A program made the position numbers and the translations under genes. Of a stretch of DNA of 64,000 nucleotides, positions 50,194 to 60,900 are shown piece by piece (the stretch's first letter is position 1; the number at the start of each line of letters is the position of its first letter). The notes below the pieces were generated by a model, which saw only the letters and a list, made by a program, of their open reading frames with translations, was not told the DNA's origin and ran no database searches. The stretch is from Oscillospiraceae bacterium. GTDB lineage: Bacteria > Bacillota > Clostridia > Oscillospirales > Acutalibacteraceae. The stretch lies in contig SVOG01000014.1 of assembly GCA_015066525.1 (NCBI GenBank), positions 190-64,189 of the forward strand, read 5' to 3'.

Positions 50194-51198
50194 CTAAATA
50201 TCGTAGTTATCGTTAAACATCGTGTCCTTCGCGATTTGGTCAAGGTCGTAGGTCGCCTCGATTTCGCCGCGCGTGTCCTTCTGTGCGTTCTTTGCCGCCT
50301 GATGCTTTTCGTTATCCGCTTTTACGTCCTCGGGGGTGGCGATGTTTTTCTTCTTCCAGTTTTTAAGTACGGAGTCGACGTATTTGAGCGACGGGCGCTC
50401 AGCGTTCTCCTTCATTGCGTCGCAGGCGAGCGCAATCATCTCAATCGTGAAATCATTGCGCCAGCGCTTAATCATCTCGCGCTGCTTTGCCGTCGGACGG
50501 CGGTGACGGATACCGCTGAGGGCGATAATTTCATCCCAGTTTCTGTCCGACGCCTCGATGTCGCGCAGTTTTTCATCGGCGGCGGAGAGACTGTCGATGC
50601 CCTCCTCGCTCCAGTTCTTCGCCATCGCAGCGATGTACGAGGTACCGATTGCCTTGCCGGCGTCCTTCTCGGTCTTGTAGTACTGGATAATCGTGAGCAC
50701 GACCTCGCAGGGCAGCCCGTAGTAGTTGTGCATATTGACAATGAGCTGCCGTTCGACATGGCTCATCATTCTGCCGAGCACTTCCTCAGCGCTGCGCATC
50801 GTCTCGGCAAGCGCGTCATTCTCGCGCAGAGCGGCGTTGATGTCCTGCGACGAAAGGGTCGGTACGGGCATCGCCTCGACCGCCTTTTTCTGCGGCGCGG
50901 GGGTCGGCTCTTTCTTTTCGGGTGCGGGAACTTTTACGGGAGCGGGCGCGCTGCCGTCTGCGACGAGAACGCCCTCCTCAATCCAGAACGACATAATGTC
51001 GCAAATCTCGCTCTCGGGCACGCCCGTAGCCTTGGAAATATCGCGGCTCGTTGCCTTGCCGCCGCTTGAAAGCACGACCAGAAGTGCCTTGAGCTGATAC
51101 GCGCTGGCAAGGCGGATGTAGTTGTTTACAATAACGCTCGGGACGCTGAACATTCCCTCGCTCCATACCTCCCCCATCGGGAGAATCTGATAGTCCAC
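50194..51198 (-). CDS. DnaD/DnaB2-domain protein
   Basis: Two DnaB_2-like repeats (YIAAMAKNW..EGI, YVDSVLKNW). Confidence 0.88.
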   Translation of the reverse strand: MDYQILPMGEVWSEGMFSVPSVIVNNYIRLASAYQLKALLVVLSSGGKATSRDISKATGVPESEICDIMSFWIEEGVLVADGSAPAPVKVPAPEKKEPTPAPQKKAVEAMPVPTLSSQDINAALRENDALAETMRSAEEVLGRMMSHVERQLIVNMHNYYGLPCEVVLTIIQYYKTEKDAGKAIGTSYIAAMAKNWSEEGIDSLSAADEKLRDIEASDRNWDEIIALSGIRHRRPTAKQREMIKRWRNDFTIEMIALACDAMKENAERPSLKYVDSVLKNWKKKNIATPEDVKADNEKHQAAKNAQKDTRGEIEATYDLDQIAKDTMFNDNYDI

Positions 51199-51405
51199 TC
51201 AAGTCACTCCTTTCGTCTTTTTTCATAATTTCGCTTAGACTTCTATTTTACCAAAAAAGCAGTAATATGTAAATATAGTGTATATTGTGTAGGCGCCCCC
51301 TTGCATACACAATTATCTTAATTGCAAGTGCTGCTTGACAAAATGTAAAAGGGGGTTTATTGTGTTTTTAGGTGAGTTTTGTATACTCTTAATGAGGTGA
51401 AAAGT

Positions 51406-52452
51406 ATGACACTTGGCGAAAGTATCAGAAAACTAAGAAAACAGCATAATATGTCGCAGGAGCAGCTTGCCGAAAAACTCGATGTCAGCCGTCAGAGCGT
51501 GTCGCTGTGGGAAAAAGACGCCACGCAGCCGACGATTGATAATATCATTACATTGTCGGATATTTTCGGCGTAACGGTGGACGAGCTGCTCAAATCCAAC
51601 GAACCGATAGAAGCAGATAGCGCAGATGTGGGGAGCGATACCCGCGTCGCTACGCCCGAAACACATCACAATGCAAAACGCTGCATTATCGCAGCACTCG
51701 ATGCGGCAGTGCTTGCCGTCGGCATTTATTGGGTGCGGTTTTGCGCTACGGGAACACAGGACTTTCTCAATGTGCTCGATTTGCATTTCAGCGGCGGTGC
51801 GGTGCTTTTTCTTGAAATCAGCCCAATTATTACGGGAGCGTTATCTGCACTGTGGCTGTTGACAGCTTTACTCGTTTTTGTAAAACAGAAACCCTTTAAG
51901 GTGACTAAAACGATACTGATAATGCTTGGAATTATGATGTTCGTCGCCGTAAATATTGTCGGCGGCGTGATAGATAATTCAAGAGAAAAAGAGGCGCAGG
52001 ATACAATTCCGCAGGGTGTGTCTTATCTTGACCTCAAAACGTTTGAAGAAATTGAAACATCATCGGAATACGAGGAGCAGTACGTCGAGGGACGGACCGA
52101 CGCGGAAATACCCGCAAACTATTCCGTTTCGCAGGAGTATCTGGAAAGCAGCACCTATACAGAATGCGTGGAGTTTACCGATAACGATTTAAGACAAAGC
52201 GAGCTTTCGCGTTACTTTTTAGAACTTGAAGTTAAGGATAACGAAAACGATAAGAATAAGGAGAACAGATACTTTACAGACGAAGAGTGCGATGCTCTCG
52301 GCATTGAAAAAGGCGAGTACTTCATAAACAAAGAAGGCAAGTGGTTTTCGTTTATAATTGTCAAAGGCAGTCGCGTTTATTACTGCTATTGCTATATCAT
52401 CAGCGAAATCAACGAAAACACCGTAAAAGAGCAAATCCGCACACTTCAGTAA
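51406..52452 (+). CDS. XRE HTH protein with three TMs and acidic extracellular domain
   Basis: LRKQHNMSQEQLAEKLDVSRQSVSLWE. Confidence 0.85.
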   Translation: MTLGESIRKLRKQHNMSQEQLAEKLDVSRQSVSLWEKDATQPTIDNIITLSDIFGVTVDELLKSNEPIEADSADVGSDTRVATPETHHNAKRCIIAALDAAVLAVGIYWVRFCATGTQDFLNVLDLHFSGGAVLFLEISPIITGALSALWLLTALLVFVKQKPFKVTKTILIMLGIMMFVAVNIVGGVIDNSREKEAQDTIPQGVSYLDLKTFEEIETSSEYEEQYVEGRTDAEIPANYSVSQEYLESSTYTECVEFTDNDLRQSELSRYFLELEVKDNENDKNKENRYFTDEECDALGIEKGEYFINKEGKWFSFIIVKGSRVYYCYCYIISEINENTVKEQIRTLQ

Positions 52453-52470
52453 CTAAATCAATAAAAACAC

Positions 52471-52499
52471 TTGACAAAAACGCAAAGTGTATGTATAAT
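52471..52499 (+). promoter_or_regulatory. Sigma-A promoter of tRNA-Gly
   Basis: TTGACA-N17-TATAAT. Confidence 0.85.
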
Positions 52500-52512
52500 A
52501 CATTTTGCAAAT

Positions 52513-52588
52513 GCGGATTTAGCTCATCCGGTAGAGCGTCACCTTGCCAAGGTGAAGGTAGCGAGTTCGAGTCTCGTAATCCGCTCCA
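52513..52588 (+). tRNA. tRNA-Gly(GCC)
   Basis: 76 nt, acceptor GCGGATT/AATCCGC, anticodon arm CACCT-TGCCA-AGGTG, GTTCGA T-loop, encoded CCA. Confidence 0.97.
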
Positions 52589-52654
52589 CAAACAAAGGAC
52601 ATCGCAAGATGTCCTTTTGTTTTTGGCAAGCGGAATGAGAATCGAACAGGGCAA

Positions 52655-52743
52655 TCCCTCCGTCACGCCTGACGGCGCGCCACCTCCCTTTACACAAGGG
52701 AGGCAAAGCAGATAACAGCCTTCCCCTCAAGGGGAAGGCTGTT
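52655..52743. repeat. REP-like palindromes of the CCCTC..GGGAGGC / CCTTCCCC..GGGGAAGG family
   Basis: CCCTCCGTCACGCCTGACGG..CCTCCCTTTACACAAGGGAGGC and AGCCTTCCCCTCAAGGGGAAGGCT. Confidence 0.65.
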
Positions 52744-53305
52744 ATATTTCCATCCCTAATTCTTCGATTTTGTCGCGGACTTTGAGCCAGTCGGCAAAGG
52801 CAAGCTCCTTGTTATTCGGGTTGCGCAGGATTGCCGCGGGGTGGTAGGTGCCCATCATCAGCACGCCGTTTTTCTCGATGAATTCGCCGTGTTGCTGCGT
52901 TACCTTGAAGGAGGGTGAAATCAGTTTCTGCGCCGAAATTCTGCCCACGCAGATGACGATTTTCGGGCGGATAATCTTAAACTGCTCCCGCAGCCACGTG
53001 ATGCACATATCCTGCTCCTCGGGCTTCGGGTCGCGATTCTTGGGCGGGCGGCATTTGACCATATTCGCGATGTAGACATTCTTATTTCTGTCAAGGTCGA
53101 TGCTGGCGAGGAATTTGTCGAGCAGTTTGCCGCTTCTGCCGACGAAGGGCTCGCCCTGCAGGTCCTCATTTTCGCCGGGACCTTCGCCGATGAGCATAAT
53201 ATCGGCGTCCTTCTTGCCGATGCCGAATACAAGATTAGTTCTGCCCTCGCAGAGTCCGCATTTAGTACAGTTTTTGCACTGTACTTCAAGTTCGTCGAGT
53301 GTCAT
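52742..53305 (-). CDS. Family-4 uracil-DNA glycosylase (Fe-S)
   Basis: [25 protein letters not shown]. Confidence 0.94.
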   Translation of the reverse strand: MTLDELEVQCKNCTKCGLCEGRTNLVFGIGKKDADIMLIGEGPGENEDLQGEPFVGRSGKLLDKFLASIDLDRNKNVYIANMVKCRPPKNRDPKPEEQDMCITWLREQFKIIRPKIVICVGRISAQKLISPSFKVTQQHGEFIEKNGVLMMGTYHPAAILRNPNNKELAFADWLKVRDKIEELGMEI

Positions 53306-53470
53306 TGTTTTTCCTTTTTAATGATAAATGATGAATGATGAATTGATGTTACTTGCTGCGCTCAAACAATCATTAGGATGAGCGTAATTCATATTATATC
53401 AAATTAAGTGTTGAAAAACAATGACATTTGTATTAAAATATCTGTGTAAATTTATTTGGAGGAAACGATT

Positions 53471-54049
53471 ATGTCAAATCAAGTTTTAGTAGAAATTTCT
53501 GCACGCCATGTGCATGTATCCCAGGCTGACCTCGAGACACTCTTCGGCAAGGGCTATGAGCTTACCTGCAAGAAGATGCTCTCCCAGCCGGGTCAGTACG
53601 CTTGCGAGGAGAGAGTCAGAGTTGTCGGCACGAAGGGTGAGTTCCCGGCAGTATCCATCCTCGGTCCGGTCAGACCGGCTACCCAGGTTGAGATTTCGCT
53701 TACCGACGCGCGCTCTATCGGCGTGTCCGCTCCCGTCAGAGAGTCCGGCGACGTCGCAGGCTCCGGCGCTTGTAAGCTCGTTGGCCCTGCCGGCGAGGTT
53801 GACCTTACCGAGGGTGTTATCGCTGCGAAGCGCCACATCCACGCAACCACGAAGGACGCGGAGGAGATGGGACTGACAAACGGTGAAATCGTATCCGTTG
53901 AAATTCCGACCGCTAACGGAAGAAACCTCACCTTCGGCGATGTTGTTGTTCGCGTATCCGACAGCTACGCGCTCGCGATGCATATCGACACCGACGAGGC
54001 AAACGCAGCCGGCATGGCTCCGAACACAATGGGAACAGTAGTAAAATAG
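53471..54049 (+). CDS. pduL: Phosphate propanoyltransferase PduL
   Basis: SARHVH, LSQPGQY, RHIH, MHIDTDEANA. Confidence 0.93.
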   Translation: MSNQVLVEISARHVHVSQADLETLFGKGYELTCKKMLSQPGQYACEERVRVVGTKGEFPAVSILGPVRPATQVEISLTDARSIGVSAPVRESGDVAGSGACKLVGPAGEVDLTEGVIAAKRHIHATTKDAEEMGLTNGEIVSVEIPTANGRNLTFGDVVVRVSDSYALAMHIDTDEANAAGMAPNTMGTVVK

Positions 54050-54129
54050 GCTCAAGGCTCAAGGATTGCCCTGCGGGCAAAAGGCTCAAGGCTTAAAACT
54101 AAAACAACCGAGCGGTGCTCGGTTGTTTT

Positions 54130-55758
54130 TTATTCTCCGTCGTAGGCGGGATTCAGTTTTTTGATGGTTTGCTGCGTGCGCTCCACCTGGGATTTGATTT
54201 TGCCCGCACTGGTGGACTTGCGCTGCAGGTAGGTGACGATGTAGGTGCCGTCGTTATATTCCTCACTGCCGTCAAAGAGGGGAACGCGGTAGCCCTCCTC
54301 CTCGAAGGTCGACTTGCGTACATACTCATCGTCGATATAATATTCGGTGTAGCCGTAATCCGAATGGTACGACGCCTTGAAATCGGTATCAAACGATGTT
54401 TTATTATATTTGAGCACCGTCGAAGTGGCATTAATCGTTCTGCCGTAATTCTTTGAGGAGAAGGAGTTGTGGCAGTAGTTGGTGACGCCGCCCTTCTTCT
54501 CGAGCACGAAGTACTGGTCGGCGGAACTGTTGAGACTGTTCGAGATGCCCTCGCCCTTATAGGCGATGACCGCTGAATTGCCGTTGTAGCGGTAGATTTC
54601 AATATAGTATTTATCTTCCTCGACGGAAACATAATTGCCGTGGTAGTCCTCGGTGCGGGACTTGACCGTCTTGCGGTAGATGAGCATCAGTTCGTCCCTG
54701 CCGTCGTTGTCAAAGTCGATTAAATCGACGACAGCGAGACCTTTAATGTAGGCAAGTCCGTTTTTTTCGACATATTTTGCAGTGCCGTATTTCTGGTTCA
54801 ATTCCTCGATAATACGGTAGTAGGAGCCGTTGAGGCTCGCGTTAATCGCCGCAGCCTTGACTGCCGCGTCGCCGCCACCGGACGAGAAACCGTCGATGGT
54901 GTCGGTGACGAGATTCTGCGTCACAATCGCCTTGCTCTCGCTGAGGACACCGAGTCGGATACGCTCGAAATTCAGCGGGTCGACCTTCTTGCGGATGGAG
55001 AATGCCTCTGCTTTTTCGTCGTAGGTGCAGTTCATTTTCTTTTCAAACTTGTCGCCGCGCAATGTGTAGAGCGAAACCTTGCTAATGTCCTTGTTGTCGT
55101 GAACACCGATGTAGTAGCGGTTATTTCTGGAATATACCGTAACCCAGGCGGGTGTGGTTTTTTTCTTTTTCTGCGTTGCTTTTTCGTGGTAGAGGGTGGC
55201 GAATTTGCCCTTGCCGTTATAGCCCCAGACCTCGACGTAAAACACGCCGCTGTCGTTATAAACCATCAGCAGTTCGCTCGTGCCGTCGCCGTCGAAATCC
55301 ATCTCGCGCACATAGCACAGTCCCGTCATACGGTAACCCTGAACTTTATATTTATCGTAGAGATTTTCGTAGTTGCAGCTGCCGTACTGCACGATGTACT
55401 GCGTGCAGACAGTACCCGCGTCGGCGTTGAATTTCTCAATTTTTTCGTTCTGCTTTGTGACGGAATGAACGGTAATCAGTACCAGCAATACAAAGAAGAG
55501 AATAAACACGAAAAACATAAACGCCGTAACCCAGCGCTTTTTGCGTTTGCTCGCGTTTTCGAGTTCTTCGAAGGGGTTGCGTCTGAGTGCCGTGCGCGCA
55601 ACGGAGATAACTTTCTCGCTGCCGTCCTTGGAAAACGCGCGGATGGCGTCGAGCACTTCGGCTCTGTCGTGCTTTTGCTCCGGCTCCGCCGTCTTGACGC
55701 GGTTGCGTATTTCGTCGAGAATCAAATCGTCATCGTCGAAATAATTGTACTTTTTCAT
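54130..55758 (-). CDS. Membrane-anchored hypothetical protein with duplicated DFDxDG (FG-GAP-like) module
   Basis: One TM; YG..GL..DFDGDGTSELLMVY and YG..GL..DFDNDGRDELMLIY internal repeat. Confidence 0.7.
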   Translation of the reverse strand: MKKYNYFDDDDLILDEIRNRVKTAEPEQKHDRAEVLDAIRAFSKDGSEKVISVARTALRRNPFEELENASKRKKRWVTAFMFFVFILFFVLLVLITVHSVTKQNEKIEKFNADAGTVCTQYIVQYGSCNYENLYDKYKVQGYRMTGLCYVREMDFDGDGTSELLMVYNDSGVFYVEVWGYNGKGKFATLYHEKATQKKKKTTPAWVTVYSRNNRYYIGVHDNKDISKVSLYTLRGDKFEKKMNCTYDEKAEAFSIRKKVDPLNFERIRLGVLSESKAIVTQNLVTDTIDGFSSGGGDAAVKAAAINASLNGSYYRIIEELNQKYGTAKYVEKNGLAYIKGLAVVDLIDFDNDGRDELMLIYRKTVKSRTEDYHGNYVSVEEDKYYIEIYRYNGNSAVIAYKGEGISNSLNSSADQYFVLEKKGGVTNYCHNSFSSKNYGRTINATSTVLKYNKTSFDTDFKASYHSDYGYTEYYIDDEYVRKSTFEEEGYRVPLFDGSEEYNDGTYIVTYLQRKSTSAGKIKSQVERTQQTIKKLNPAYDGE

Positions 55759-55976
55759 ACCGTCACCTCCTTATACGAAAATATGCGAAATATGTATATT
55801 ATTCCATTATCCCACATATTGTAACATATTTAGTATGGTTTCGCAACTTGTATATATTGTACAAAAAAGAGTGTCTTATAATAGATATAGTAAAACGGAC
55901 GACAAAAGGCGTCCGTTTTGGCAAATAGGAATTTGTAAAAGTGATAATAGCGTTTGATATTAATGGGGGCATTATT

Positions 55977-56171
55977 GTAGGGTGCGGCGACCTCGACGCA
56001 CCGCGCGCTGCGAGCCCCTATGTATTGTTTGAGCGCAAAGCGCGAGTAACATTCAACAAATCGCATTGCGGTTTGTTGCCAACGGTTCGTGTCGGTCACA
56101 ATGTCGTTAAAACAAGGACAATCAAACAGGTCGTGCGGTTTTAACGGAGCGTCGGGGTCGCCGCTCCCTAC
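55977..56171. repeat. REPIN-like element: inverted pair of GTAG REPs
   Basis: GTAGGGTGCGGCGACCTCGACGCACCG ... CGGAGCGTCGGGGTCGCCGCTCCCTAC. Confidence 0.8.
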
Positions 56172-56211
56172 AGTTGCTCGCTCCAACATCACCAGGACAA
56201 ATCCCGCTTTA

Positions 56212-57453
56212 TCAATCCACATCGCTCACCGTCGTGCCGTCGGAGAAGCGAATATACATATAACCGCTTTCTTTGCCGCACAAATCGAAGGAGGTTTCGT
56301 CCGAAGAAGGGTCGCCGAAGGCGTTAAACGCAATCCTGTAAACAGCACCGTCCTCACCGACTAATTCAGCGTAAATCCATAAAGATGACAAGTGGGAATA
56401 ATCGGACAATTCAATCTTTTTTGGCAAAATAATCTGCAAATTGCCGATGTAGTCCGTAGGATTGTTTCTTATCTCGAGTTTTTTAGAATAAACCTCTTTT
56501 CCGCTTTTGTCCAAGGAGTAGTTTTCGACAACAAGTCGCGCTGATTTGATTTTGCCGCTGAATTCAGTTGACAGACAGATGTATTGTCCTGCATTGTTGT
56601 CACAAAATTCAAGCGCATACGGGGCAGAGGAATCCCTTGATTCATACATTGCCTCATAACAGCAATTGGCGTTAACGCTTAAGAAATCATTGATGAACGG
56701 AACATCAAATTCGGGGCTTAAACTAACGTTTTTTGTAGCTATGCCGTTGTCGATAATCAGGCTATAATAGCTACTTTCCGACAGGTCTACTGGGAGCTCG
56801 GCAACAAATTTGCCATTAGTAATTTTCGCCTCATATTTATCCGTTTTTTTACCTGCGGTTTTTGTGAAATATACCTTTGAACCGTTTGTGTATACCTCCG
56901 GAGCATAGGTGCATTGCACGTTGATGAGGTACGGCTTTTCAGCATTGACGGATAGAATTTTGTGCTCTACAAAATCAGCTTCGTTTACTTCGGACTGTTG
57001 CTGATAATCCTGCTCTGTCTGCAGATAGTCCACCTGTTCCTCAAGGTTATCAACACGCGAGCGCAGACTCTGTACCGAAATCAGCAGTGATATGCAGACG
57101 ATTAGGATTATTATATTTTCAGCGAGGTTTACCCACCGTTTCTTTTTTGCGTATTCCTTTTCCTTGCGCTCGATAAGCTCGTCGTAGCGCGTTTCGAGCT
57201 GCTGAAGGTAGTAATTGTAATGGGTAACGTCTATTTTATCGCTTCCGTTTTCCGCGCCCTCGATACCTAACAGACCGTCCATCGACGTGCCGAAAAATTC
57301 GGCGAGCTCGGTCAGTTTTTTGAGGTCGGGCATAGCGCTGCCGCTTTCCCATTTTGAAATGGTCTGGCGGCTGACGTTCATAACCTCGGCGAGATATTCC
57401 TGCGAGTAGTCTTTTTCCTTTCTGAGAGTGCGTAGGTTTTCGCTGAATTTCAT
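56212..57453 (-). CDS. XRE HTH protein with single TM and extracellular domain
   Basis: LRKEKDYSQEYLAEVMNVSRQTISKWE. Confidence 0.85.
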   Translation of the reverse strand: MKFSENLRTLRKEKDYSQEYLAEVMNVSRQTISKWESGSAMPDLKKLTELAEFFGTSMDGLLGIEGAENGSDKIDVTHYNYYLQQLETRYDELIERKEKEYAKKKRWVNLAENIIILIVCISLLISVQSLRSRVDNLEEQVDYLQTEQDYQQQSEVNEADFVEHKILSVNAEKPYLINVQCTYAPEVYTNGSKVYFTKTAGKKTDKYEAKITNGKFVAELPVDLSESSYYSLIIDNGIATKNVSLSPEFDVPFINDFLSVNANCCYEAMYESRDSSAPYALEFCDNNAGQYICLSTEFSGKIKSARLVVENYSLDKSGKEVYSKKLEIRNNPTDYIGNLQIILPKKIELSDYSHLSSLWIYAELVGEDGAVYRIAFNAFGDPSSDETSFDLCGKESGYMYIRFSDGTTVSDVD

Positions 57454-57605
57454 TTTTGCAGCTCCTTTGTAACGTTGGTTTTCGGGTCGCCGACCCCTAC
57501 GTTTGATTTCAATATATCAAAAAAACAACCGACTTTCAATCGAAAATCGGTTGGTATTATGTAAATTTACGGTTGCGGGCGGATACTATCCGCCCCTGCT
57601 TGAGC

Positions 57606-57893
57606 CTATTTGATAAACTTATCAATCGCGGAGGTCAGTTCGTCGAGCATTTCGGTGTTGCCGTCCTCGACTGCGTGGATAATGCAGTGGTCCATATGGT
57701 CCTTGAGGATGACTTTGCCCGTGTTATTAATCGCAGATTTGACCGCGGCGAGCTGCACGAGTACCTCGCTGCAATCCTCGCCGTCCTCCACCATCTGTTT
57801 CACCTTTTGCAGGTGTCCGATGGCACGGGCAAGGCGGTTTGAGACCTCCTTCGTATGCTCGTGGGAATGAATGTGCTCGTGAGTTTTATCCAT
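57606..57893 (-). CDS. CsoR/RcnR-family metal-sensing repressor
   Basis: His-rich N-terminus, RLARAIGH, DCSEVL.QL, H..HC. Confidence 0.92.
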   Translation of the reverse strand: MDKTHEHIHSHEHTKEVSNRLARAIGHLQKVKQMVEDGEDCSEVLVQLAAVKSAINNTGKVILKDHMDHCIIHAVEDGNTEMLDELTSAIDKFIK

Positions 57894-57907
57894 AATAACC
57901 TCGCATT

Positions 57908-57986
57908 AATTGAGAATTGAGAGTTGAGAATTGAGAATGAATGACGGACTTTGCCCGTACCCATTCTCCATTCTACATTCTCAATT
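57908..57986. repeat. Heptamer-repeat/hairpin intergenic element (GAGAATT arms)
   Basis: (AATTGAG)x4 arm, ACGGAC-TTT-GCCCGT hairpin, inverted (CATTCTC)x3 arm; begins at purL stop. Confidence 0.78.
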
Positions 57987-60900
57987 ATTTGAAATAGTTG
58001 ACGCCGCTTTCAAAAATCTTCATATCCTTTTCAAACGGTACATTGCCGTAAAGGTCCGCGCCCTTTCTTTCGCTATGGCCCATCTTGCCGAGTACGCGTC
58101 CGTCAGGTGAGGTGATACCCTCTACCGCGCAGACGGAGCCGTTCGGGTTAAACGGCATGGCATCGCATACTTCGCCGTCGAGGTTGACATACTGCGTTGC
58201 AACCTGTCCGTTTGCTATCAGCTGTTGCATCACTGCGTCGTTGGCGACGAATCTGCCCTCGCCGTGGCTAATCGGAACAGCGAATACATCGCCCGCGTTG
58301 ACGCCTGAGAACCACGGAGATTTTACGCTCGTGATGCGGGTGTACGCCATCTGTGATATATGTCTGCCGATGGTGTTGAAGGTCAGCGTCGGGTCGTCGG
58401 GTTTGGTTGTGACGATTTCGCCGTAAGGTACGAGACCGAGCTTGATAAGCGCCTGGAAACCGTTACAGATACCGAGCATCAGACCGTCGCGGTTATTCAG
58501 CAGCTTTGTTACCGCCTCGCTGACGCGGGGGTTGCGGAAGGTGGTTGCGATGAATTTACCCGAGCCTTCGGGCTCGTCGCCACCCGAGAATCCGCCGGGC
58601 AGCATGACAATCTGCGCCCTCTCGATTTCCTTGACCATTTTGTCGATGGTTTCGTTAATTGCCGCGCTCGAAAGGTTATTAACAACGAGGATGGATGCCT
58701 CTGCGCCCGCCTTTTCAAACGCTCTTGCCGTATCAACCTCGCAGTTCGTACCCGGAAAAGCGGGGATAAATACACGCGGTTTAGCGACCTTATTCTTTGC
58801 GACGAAGATGGAACGCTCCTTGTAAAGCGGCACCTCGGCGCACATCTTAGCCTTCTTGCCGGAGTCGGTCGGGAATACTTTTTCGAGTTTGCCGCACCAC
58901 GCGTCGATGAGGTCGTCGCAGGTCAGCACGCTGCCATCAATAATGAATACGGCGTTGTCGTTCGTCGTGCCGAGGGTGATGCCGTCGACATCGGCACCGT
59001 CGGCAAGTTCGACGACGAATGAGCCCTGAAGGGGCGCAAAAAGTGTTTCGCCCGCAAGACCCTGTGCGAAGGTGAAGCCGTGCTTGTTGCCGAATGCCAT
59101 TTTGCAGACGCAGGCAGCGGCGCCGCCTTCCTTGACAACGCTTGCAGCGAGAATCTCGCCGTTTCGGATACCCGCATAAACGCGCATCATCAGCGCCATT
59201 GCTTTTTCATAATCGGGCAGTCCGCTCTTCTCATCCACGGGAAGGGGCAGAAGTTTTACGGTCGAGCCGATTTTCTTAAACTGAGCGGATACCGTCTTGG
59301 ACGCCTCGCTCATACCGACTGCGAAGGATACGAGCGTGGGCGGAACGTCAAGTTCGTTAAACGAGCCGCTCATACTGTCTTTACCGCCGATGGAGGGCGT
59401 CTTGTAGCCGAGCTGTGCCGAGAGAGCACCGAGTAGTGCCGCGGTCGGCTTTCCCCAGCGCTCGGGAGCGTCGCCGAGGCGCTCGAAGTATTCCTGGAAG
59501 GTCAGCCTCGCCTTTGACGGGTCGCAACCGACTGCCGCGAGCTTTGCGAGGCTTTCGCTGACAGCGAATGCCGCACTGTGGAAGGGTGACCAGCGGGAAA
59601 GTTTCGGTATGAAACCGTAGGACATAACGGTCGCGGTGTCGGTCTCGCCCTTTTCGAGCGGCACCTTTGCCACCATGGCGTCCTCGGGTGTTAGCTGATA
59701 TTTGCCGGCATAGGGCATCAGCACGGTTGCCGCGCCGATGGAGGAGTCAAAACGCTCCACGAGTCCCTTTTGCGAGCAGACTTCGAGACGCGAAAGGTTC
59801 GCGCTGAGTGCGTCGGCGTTTGACAGTCCGCGCAGTGTGGCGGGTACGCTTTCGCGGTAGCTTGTGTCGTCGACCGCGGCGATTTTCGCCTTGGCGTGCT
59901 GAACGACGCCGTTTGTATTAAGGAAGTCACGGGAAAGGTCGACAATCTTGTCGCCCCTCCAGAACATTTCAAGTCGGTTTTTCGCGGTTACCTCGGCAAC
60001 AACGGTTGCCTCGAGGTTCTCCTCGTTAGCAAGCGCGGTGAATTTGTCGATATCATTTTTGTCGATGACGACTGCCATACGCTCCTGCGACTCGGAGATG
60101 GCGAGTTCCGTGCCATCGAGGCCGTCGTATTTCTTCGGTACCTTGTCGAGATTGATTGTCAGTCCGTCAGCGAGCTCGCCGATGGCAACCGATACACCGC
60201 CCGCGCCGAAATCGTTGCAGCGCTTAATCATTTGCGCTACCTCGGTTTTGCGGAAGAGACGCTGGATTTTGCGCTCGGTCGGGGGGTTACCCTTCTGTAC
60301 TTCAGCGCCGCAGGTCTCAATGGACTGGGAGTTGTGCGCCTTGGATGAGCCGGTTGCGCCGCCGCAGCCGTCACGGCCCGTACGTCCGCCGAGCAGTACG
60401 ATGACATCGCCCTCCTCGGGTACCTCGCGGATGACACTCTTCTTCGGCGATGCGCCGATAACCGCGCCGATTTCCATACGCTTTGCGACATAACCCTCGT
60501 CGTAGAGCTCGACAACCTGTCCCGTTGCGAGACCGATTTGGTTGCCGTATGACGAATAACCCTGCGCTGCGCCCGTGGTAATTTTACTCTGCGGGAGCTT
60601 CGCGGGGAGTGTTTTTTCAAAAGGAGTGGTCGGGTCGCCCGAGCCGGTGACGCGCATTGCCTGGTAGGCGTAGGCGCGTCCCGAGAGCGGGTCGCGGATT
60701 GCGCCGCCGAGGCAGGTTGCCGCGCCGCCGAAGGGCTCGATTTCGGTCGGGTGGTTGTGGGTTTCGTTTTTGAACTGGATGAGCCACGGCTCCTTCTTGC
60801 CGTCGATTTCCACTTCGGCATTGATGGAGCAGGCGTTGATTTCTTCACTTTCGTCGAGGTCGTCGACATAGCCCCATTTCTTGAGCGCTTTTGTGCCGAT

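Noticed and set aside
49215-51198. DnaD plus DnaC pair as a prophage replication module or IS21 istB
   Set aside because: No integrase, istA or structural genes; fits the chromosomal clostridial replication pair
51406-52588. Genomic island integrated at tRNA-Gly
   Set aside because: No integrase and no direct-repeat att copy of the tRNA 3' end found
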